Shown: piece by piece, positions 56,800 to 64,000 of the stretch
How positions within the stretch are numbered: the first letter of the stretch is position 1
Layout: every line of letters begins with the position of its first letter
Source: Terracidiphilus sp.
Lineage (GTDB): Bacteria > Acidobacteriota > Terriglobia > Terriglobales > Acidobacteriaceae
Assembly: GCA_036502485.1 (NCBI GenBank)
Contig: DASXYM010000016.1
Strand: one strand, 5' to 3'
DNA length: 64,000 nucleotides
Made by a program: the position numbers and the translations under genes
Notes under the pieces: model-generated
What the model saw: only the letters and a program-made list of their open reading frames with translations
The model's database searches: none
What the model was told of the DNA's origin: nothing

Positions 56800-58362
56800 A
56801 TGGCACACTTCAGGGCTCTCAGCGCAGCCGTCTACGGCATCGATGCCAACCTGATCGACGTCGAAGTCGACTACAGCGGCACTACGACCAATGAAGAACA
56901 TTTCCACATGGTCGGCCTGCCTGACGCCGCCGTGCGCGAAAGCCGCGACCGCGTGCGCACCGCCATCAAGAACTCCGGCTACCTCATTCCCCCGACTTTC
57001 ATCACCGTCAACCTCGCGCCGGCCGACTTGAAGAAGGAAGGCTCCGGCTTCGATCTCCCCATCGCCGTCGGTATCCTCGGCGCTTACAACGCCATCACCC
57101 TTCGCGATCTGAGCCCGTTCCTGCTCGTCGGCGAACTCGGCCTCGACGGAAAAGTGCGCGCCGTCCCCGGCATGCTTCCGGTCGCCATCATGGCCCGCGA
57201 AAAAAACATTCCCAACCTCATCCTCCCCGCGGACAACGCTCCGGAAGCTGCCGTAGTCGAGGGAGTCAACATCTTTCCCGTCACATCCCTGCTCGATGTC
57301 GTCGAACTCCTCAACTCCACCCTGCTCGGCCAAGTGCAGCGTCCGCCTTTTCGCGTATCAACCGAAGAGCTCCTTGGCGAACTGCAACAGTTCACCGTCG
57401 ACTTCAAAGATGTCCGCGGCCAGCAGACCGCCAAGCGCGCTCTCGAGGTCGCAGCCGCCGGCAGCCACAACATATTAATGATCGGCCCCCCGGGCAGCGG
57501 CAAAACCATGCTGGCCAAACGCCTGCCCTCCATCCTCGCCCCGCTCAGTTTCGATGAAGCACTGGAAACCACCAAGATCCATTCCGTCGCCGGCGTGCTC
57601 GATGCCGCAGCCGGACTCGTCACCCACCGGCCCTTTCGCTCCCCGCATCACACCATCTCTGACGCCGGCCTCATCGGCGGCGGCGTCGTTCCCCGCCCCG
57701 GCGAAGTCTCGCTCGCGCACAATGGCCTTCTCTTCCTCGATGAGTTGCCGGAATTCCCTCGCAACGTTCTTGAAGTGTTGCGTCAGCCTCTTGAAGACCA
57801 CACCGTCACCATTGCCCGCGCCAGCATGTCGCTCAGCTTCCCCGCTCGCTTCATGCTCGCCGCCGCCATGAACCCCTGCCCCTGCGGCTACTTCAATGAC
57901 AAGTCGCGCGAATGCATGTGTACCCCGCCCATGATCCAGCGCTACGTCGCCAAAATCTCTGGCCCGCTGCTCGACCGCATCGACATCCACATTGAAGTTC
58001 CCGCCGTGCACTACAAGGAACTGCGTGGCGGAGCCGCAGCCGAAGGCTCAGCCGAGATTCGCGACCGCGTCCTCGCCGCCCGCGCCCGTCAGCAGGAACG
58101 CTTCCACAGCCACGGCGAAAAAATCTACTCCAACGCGCAGATGACCACCCGCCAGATTCGCGTCTACTGCGAGCTCGGCGCCGATGCCGAGCGCCTCCTC
58201 GAACGCGCCATGCAGCAACAGGGCCTCACCGCCCGCGCCCACGACCGCATACTCAAAGTTGCCCGCACCGTCGCCGACCTCGATGCCGCGGAACGCGTCA
58301 CCGTCTCCCACCTCGCAGAGGCTATCCAATACCGCACCCTGGACCGCAGCTACTGGTCCTGA
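56800..58362 (+). CDS. YifB/ComM family Mg-chelatase-like AAA+ ATPase
   Basis: [58 protein letters not shown]. Confidence 0.95.
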   Translation: MAHFRALSAAVYGIDANLIDVEVDYSGTTTNEEHFHMVGLPDAAVRESRDRVRTAIKNSGYLIPPTFITVNLAPADLKKEGSGFDLPIAVGILGAYNAITLRDLSPFLLVGELGLDGKVRAVPGMLPVAIMAREKNIPNLILPADNAPEAAVVEGVNIFPVTSLLDVVELLNSTLLGQVQRPPFRVSTEELLGELQQFTVDFKDVRGQQTAKRALEVAAAGSHNILMIGPPGSGKTMLAKRLPSILAPLSFDEALETTKIHSVAGVLDAAAGLVTHRPFRSPHHTISDAGLIGGGVVPRPGEVSLAHNGLLFLDELPEFPRNVLEVLRQPLEDHTVTIARASMSLSFPARFMLAAAMNPCPCGYFNDKSRECMCTPPMIQRYVAKISGPLLDRIDIHIEVPAVHYKELRGGAAAEGSAEIRDRVLAARARQQERFHSHGEKIYSNAQMTTRQIRVYCELGADAERLLERAMQQQGLTARAHDRILKVARTVADLDAAERVTVSHLAEAIQYRTLDRSYWS

Positions 58363-58390
58363 CCTAACTCATCCCACGCCTCCCCGCAAA

Positions 58391-58468
58391 CTTCGTAACT
58401 CTGTAACTTTGCGACCCTGTAACTCGGTAACTCCGTCGGCCTTTCTACTCCCTACTCCCTGCCTTTCA
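58391..58468. repeat. Six octamers (CTYYGTAA) followed by four heptamers (CTCCCTR)
   Basis: cttcgtaa ctctgtaa ctttgcga ccctgtaa ctcggtaa ctccgtcg; ctttcta ctcccta ctccctg cctttca. Confidence 0.75.
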
Positions 58469-58563
58469 TTACTTCCGTTCTTAAGAGAATTCCAATTCCA
58501 GCCGATGAGCCGGTCAGGAGATGAGAACCCTCTCATCCTCCAAATGCCTGGACGGAGGCACCC

Positions 58564-58956
58564 ATGTACACCCCCAATATGCTTGACCACTGGGATATGG
58601 CCATCCTCATGGTGCCAATCTTCGGCTTTCTGATCCTCTGGTTGTTTCGGCTTGACGAGCGGGTCACCGCGCCCAGGGAACGGTCAACCCGCCGCCATTT
58701 CTGTCAGGCGGACGGCAACGCATCCTATTTATATGACCCGGACGGCAGGCCCGTCCTCTTCCGCAATCCGACCCCTTCGCCTGCTCCACTGACAGCCCAA
58801 ATTGTGGAAATCCAATCGCCCCAAAAGCTTCTCTCAGTGCCTGAACTGCACCCCTTGTTCCCCCTTAACGAACACAAATCAATGTCCTTATCTCCATTGA
58901 TCGTGACAATCCACACCCCGTCCACAAACCGGTGCAAATCGTTAAAAAACTGTTGA
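58564..58956 (+). CDS. Hypothetical protein with one N-terminal TM segment
   Basis: GGAGG SD, ATG 58564, TM segment ILMVPIFGFLILWLFRLDE, and DPDGRP motif. Confidence 0.6.
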   Translation: MYTPNMLDHWDMAILMVPIFGFLILWLFRLDERVTAPRERSTRRHFCQADGNASYLYDPDGRPVLFRNPTPSPAPLTAQIVEIQSPQKLLSVPELHPLFPLNEHKSMSLSPLIVTIHTPSTNRCKSLKNC

Positions 58957-58981
58957 CCGTGACCCCGCTCCGGTTTAACTT
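58953..58981 (+). promoter_or_regulatory. Candidate sigma70 promoter upstream of the omega-like gene and rho
   Basis: TTGACC, 17-nt spacer, TAACTT, preceded by an A-tract. Confidence 0.5.
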
Positions 58982-59320
58982 TAAAGGTGCCATCCACAAG
59001 GGAGATCGCACAGGTCCGGCAAGGTGAATCCGTCTGTCCGTTTCCAGCATCAAACAAAGCAGCCTGTGGCCTTTGAGTTGATGACGCGTCGTGTTTAGTT
59101 CTGCCCGCCGCGAAAAACGGAAAACGCTAAGGCTTCACCAAAAAAAATCTGCAAATGCGTTTCACATTGTGAAGAACTGCATCAAAGGTTTTTGAACTGC
59201 GCACCGGACGTGTGCGTCTAACTGTTGTGATGGAAATTTTGGCGACCAAAACAGGTCGCTGGCTGCACTGGCGGCGCCAAGCAGTTCCGGCCGGGCAGAC
59301 CGAAGAAGGAGAAACTCATA

Positions 59321-59542
59321 ATGCGTTCTGATTTGGTTTTTGGGGCACTCTCTCATGTGTCCAATCGCTACCAGCTTTGCCAGCTCGCCAGCAAGGCGAC
59401 CCGCAAGCTGCACAAGCCGAACACCCGGCTCCAGGACACGACCAATGACGTGCTGCATCGCTTCCGCAGCACCAATCCCGGCACGCTGGCGCCCGTCGCC
59501 GCGCCCGCAAAGGAATCCGTTCAGCAACGTCGCGCCGCCTAG
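59321..59542 (+). CDS. RNA polymerase omega-subunit-like protein
   Basis: SNRYQLCQLASKATRKL resembles the omega motif NR(F/Y)xLxxxAxKRARQL; AAGGAG SD. Confidence 0.65.
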   Translation: MRSDLVFGALSHVSNRYQLCQLASKATRKLHKPNTRLQDTTNDVLHRFRSTNPGTLAPVAAPAKESVQQRRAA

Positions 59543-59835
59543 GCTCGCTCCCTCCAGGAACCGGCGGCTTTCCTCTCCAGGTCAGCCGCCCTTCGGTTCC
59601 TCCTGTCCCCATCAACTCAAATTTCCAGACAGGTTCGCAGATCACGCGCCGACCGGGAAACTTGCAATTCGGGAACAGGCCCAACTCAAAACCCACTGCC
59701 GCAACACTAAAATTCCACTTCATCCCGGGGAACCAACGTCGCAGCAGCTGCGTTACAATGCTGCCTAGATTCCCCTCCTGATTCCGGAGTACATCCCTCC
59801 GACTCTCCTCCCATCACAATCCCGCCCACCCGCAG

Positions 59836-61092
<1,257 letters not shown>

Positions 61093-61117
61093 CCGGACTC
61101 GTTCCCAAGGCTCGGTT

Positions 61118-61137
61118 GGCCGGGGTTTCCCCCGGCC
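61118..61137 (+). terminator. Hairpin between rho and the convergent PP2C gene
   Basis: GGCCGGGG-TTTC-CCCCGGCC with a weak T tail. Confidence 0.65.
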
Positions 61138-61197
61138 TTCGCCTTTGTTCCCTACTTGTCCAGGCTGCCGTCCTTTAGCGCCCGATCCATAAGTGGA

Positions 61198-63240
61198 CTA
61201 TCGCTGCCCAGCCGCTACCAGCGAAATATGCTCCGGTCGGGCTGCAGCCCCTTCCGTCCTTGCCTTCGCCCGCTCAATCACCACCACCGTAATGTCATCA
61301 TTCTGCCCAAACGCGCTCGCCGCATCGGCAATCTCTTTCGCGCTCAACCGCGACAACTGCTGCACCCGCTCAAATCCCAGCAACTCGCCGCGTGCATTCT
61401 GCGCCTCCAGCACCCCATCCGAATAGAACGTCAGCCGCGCCCCCCCATCCAGATACACCGCTTGCGACGCATACTCCACCCCCGGCGCAATCCCCAGCGG
61501 CAGCGCTCCCTCCACGTCCACCTCGCACCCGTTCATATACGGTGCGGGATGCCCCGCGCTCGCCAGCAATCCCGTTCCGTCCGTGTGCAGATAAAGCGCC
61601 AGGCACGTTGAGAATCCCCCTCCCGTCCGCCCCTGCATGCGCTCATTCATGTGCGCAAGAATCTCCGCCGGATCCGACGTCACCTGCGCCAGCGTCCGTA
61701 TCGAACCCACCAGCACCGCCACCATCATCGCCGCCGGCAGCCCCTTCCCCGCCACATCCCCCAGCACCAGCAACAGCCCTCCGTCGGGAGCCGGCCATAC
61801 CTGAAAGAAATCTCCGCCCACCTGCTGTGCGGGCCGGTACACCGTCTCCACCGTAAACCCCGGAACCACATCCTGCGCCGGCGGCAAAATCACGCTCTGC
61901 ACCTGCCGCGCGGCTTCCAGATCGTGCTCCATCCGCGCCTGCTCGCGGCTGATCCGAATCGTCCGCAACACCAGGATCAATGCCAGCGAAATCCAGAACA
62001 GGCCATTCGAAATGTGCGTGAGCTGTACATTGAATGGTCCCAGCCGATAACTGGTCCAGGCCACGCCCAGGTTATACGCCCATGTGCTGTAGCGCGGCAC
62101 CGCTCCCATGGCGTCGAAGAACAGTTGCAGATTCGCCTCCAGGGCCTGCAGCAGCGCAGGAATCAACAAGATTCCCGCCTCCCGGTTCCCCCGCCGCCAA
62201 TGCACCAGCAGCACAATCGGGAGCGCAAAGTAAGCCGCCGCGTACAGCGGCACAGACAGCGCAATCCGCAAACCCGGACGCATCCACTCGTAGTCCCTGC
62301 CCACCACCTGGATCAACGAAAGCCCCGCCGCCACCAACAGCGCCACTGCCACCCGCCGCGGCATCCTGATCCGCAGAAACGCCAGGTACATGAACACCGG
62401 ACCCAGCAGCACCCACAGCAGCAAAACACCGTCCAGGCACGTCGCCCACTCCAGGGGCAGATTCTGCACCCGCAGCAGCGCACTCCACACCAGGTCCACC
62501 AGGTACCCCAGCGCCACCACCGCCATCCACAGGTATTCGGTCCGGTCGCGCTGCACCCAGTACAATCCCAACGCCATGATCCCGGTGATCAGCCCCAGCA
62601 CCACGATCAAGGCATACCCGGCAAAGCTTGAAATCCACGCCAGCCACAGATAGTCCTGCAGCTGCGGCCGCCGCCCCACCATCAGGTTGTCGTAGTAGAG
62701 CCCCGGCAACGCGCTCGACCACTCCCCCCGCGAAATATGCACGCGCAATGCGAGCACCAGCGTCCCCGTCTCCATATCGGCCCAGTCGAATGCCGCGATC
62801 CTTCGCGCCGAATCGGTGTACGGGTGGTACGGCGCCACACTGCCCGCCCGCAGCAACCGGTCGCCGTTCACGTATATCTCGAACGCATGCGACAGGTGCT
62901 CAACCTCCAGCGCCAGCCCCGACTGGCGCGAAGACACCTTCAAGCGGATCCGGTACCACACAACCTCAGGACGCTCGTCGGGCAAATACTCCACCAGGCT
63001 CTTGTACGGATCCACCAGCAGCCACTTTGAGTCATCGAAATCAGCTTTGGCCCATGCCGGATTATCCCCCGCTTGCACCCTCCAGGCGGCATCCACGTAC
63101 ACCGGCTTCTGGATATCGCTCGCATCAAATACCTGCGCCCCCGCCGGGCTCCCCGTCGCAACCCACACGATCGCCAAAAACCCCATGAACACTAGGGTTT
63201 TGCACGCGAATTCAAAACCGCGGACGCGCATCTTCTTCAC
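61198..63240 (-). CDS. Membrane sensor phosphatase: sugar-binding-like N-domain, about 7 TM segments and a SpoIIE/PP2C domain
   Basis: WRVQAGDNPAWA...VWYRIRL, TM block, VGGDFFQV, GDVAGKGLPAA, ASAGHPAP, YSDGVLEA, DDITVV. Confidence 0.9.
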   Translation of the reverse strand: MKKMRVRGFEFACKTLVFMGFLAIVWVATGSPAGAQVFDASDIQKPVYVDAAWRVQAGDNPAWAKADFDDSKWLLVDPYKSLVEYLPDERPEVVWYRIRLKVSSRQSGLALEVEHLSHAFEIYVNGDRLLRAGSVAPYHPYTDSARRIAAFDWADMETGTLVLALRVHISRGEWSSALPGLYYDNLMVGRRPQLQDYLWLAWISSFAGYALIVVLGLITGIMALGLYWVQRDRTEYLWMAVVALGYLVDLVWSALLRVQNLPLEWATCLDGVLLLWVLLGPVFMYLAFLRIRMPRRVAVALLVAAGLSLIQVVGRDYEWMRPGLRIALSVPLYAAAYFALPIVLLVHWRRGNREAGILLIPALLQALEANLQLFFDAMGAVPRYSTWAYNLGVAWTSYRLGPFNVQLTHISNGLFWISLALILVLRTIRISREQARMEHDLEAARQVQSVILPPAQDVVPGFTVETVYRPAQQVGGDFFQVWPAPDGGLLLVLGDVAGKGLPAAMMVAVLVGSIRTLAQVTSDPAEILAHMNERMQGRTGGGFSTCLALYLHTDGTGLLASAGHPAPYMNGCEVDVEGALPLGIAPGVEYASQAVYLDGGARLTFYSDGVLEAQNARGELLGFERVQQLSRLSAKEIADAASAFGQNDDITVVVIERAKARTEGAAARPEHISLVAAGQR

Positions 63241-63442
63241 CCCGGACCCGCAGAGATCCAGCTACCGTAGCACGCGGCCGGCTGCCGCGCAATCGGTAGA
63301 AATGCTGTAGCCGCGCCCTCCCGTTGACCGCGCAATCCGTCCCGTGCCATCCTCTAAGGCGACTGACTCTCCTTCCCTTTCCTGGAGGATCGATCGTGAG
63401 GCCTTCCCTTATTCGCCCCTCCAGGCATCACCGGGACATTCG

Positions 63443-64000
63443 ATGAGGAGAATCTCCCATCCGGCATTTCTGGTCACCATCGCTCTTCTGGCATGCTTCG
63501 CGACCCGGCTCCGCGCCCAGGGGCCGCCCTACCAGACCGATGATCCCGTTCCCGTGGACTTCCAGCACTACGAGTTCTACATCTTCGGCGCCGCCGACGG
63601 CACGCCCGTGGAGATGGATTCTCTAGGGCCGGCCTTCGAATTCAACTGGGGCGCCATTCCCCGCGTCCAGCTCCACGCAGTTCTTCCCTTCGGCGTGGCC
63701 GCCCCTCTGAACCGTCCCGTCTACCTGCCGTCAGGCACAGGCCCCACGGAGTTCGGCCTTCTCGATATGGAAATCGGAGCAAAAATCGCCATCATCAAGG
63801 AGTCGAAACACGTCCCCCAGATCGGCACATTCACCATGGTTGAGCTGCCCGCCGGGAATGCCGACAAAGGCTTGGGAGTTGGCACAACCTGGTACAAAAT
63901 TCCGCTGTGGATGCAAAAAAACTTCGGCAAATGGCTCGTCGATGGCGGCGCCGGTGAGACCATCATCCCGCAAACCGGCTTCCACAACTTCCCCTACGGC
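63443..64000 (+). CDS. 5' part of an exported, probably outer-membrane transporter-like protein (runs off the window)
   Basis: Open frame from ATG 63443 to the window end: signal peptide, then QGPPYQTDDPVPV...FEFNWG...FGLLDMEIGAKI...WMQKNFGKW. Confidence 0.75.
   Translation, partial: MRRISHPAFLVTIALLACFATRLRAQGPPYQTDDPVPVDFQHYEFYIFGAADGTPVEMDSLGPAFEFNWGAIPRVQLHAVLPFGVAAPLNRPVYLPSGTGPTEFGLLDMEIGAKIAIIKESKHVPQIGTFTMVELPAGNADKGLGVGTTWYKIPLWMQKNFGKWLVDGGAGETIIPQTGFHNFPYG

Overview
High-GC bacterial chromosome segment; the gene content looks like Acidobacteriota (inference from protein families). Bases 1-3694 are the right end of an integrative element inserted at the 3' end of tRNA-Asp(GTC). That end holds a tyrosine integrase, an intact and a degenerate excisionase-like gene, and the 5' end of a second recombinase of the type usually paired with IS91-like transposases. 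The rest is core genome: IclR, an ABC exporter, kdgK, an AddAB-like pair, a membrane MutS-V ATPase, pstCAB-phoU without pstS, a GH78 rhamnosidase with LacI, hom, a TonB-dependent receptor, qor, GT2, mrp, penicillin acylase, yhaM, SurA, CtpA, uxaA, rsmE, sdaA, a YifB/ComM ATPase, an omega-like gene, rho and a PP2C sensor. Main observations: (1) a Cys/His leader protein ending in RGPP whose last codons pair 9/10 with the Shine-Dalgarno of the TonB receptor gene, a candidate metal-responsive ribosome-stalling switch; (2) a 23-aa Lys/Ala microprotein gene with its own promoter, RBS and terminator, missed by the ORF track; (3) a cobB/sirtuin gene broken by one TGA at a conserved Trp; (4) many dispersed 7-8-nt tandem arrays, some inside coding sequence, plus REP-like palindromes; (5) two orphan regulatory-looking regions between convergent genes. 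No CRISPR array or rRNA was seen. All calls come from manual motif recognition; no database searches were run.
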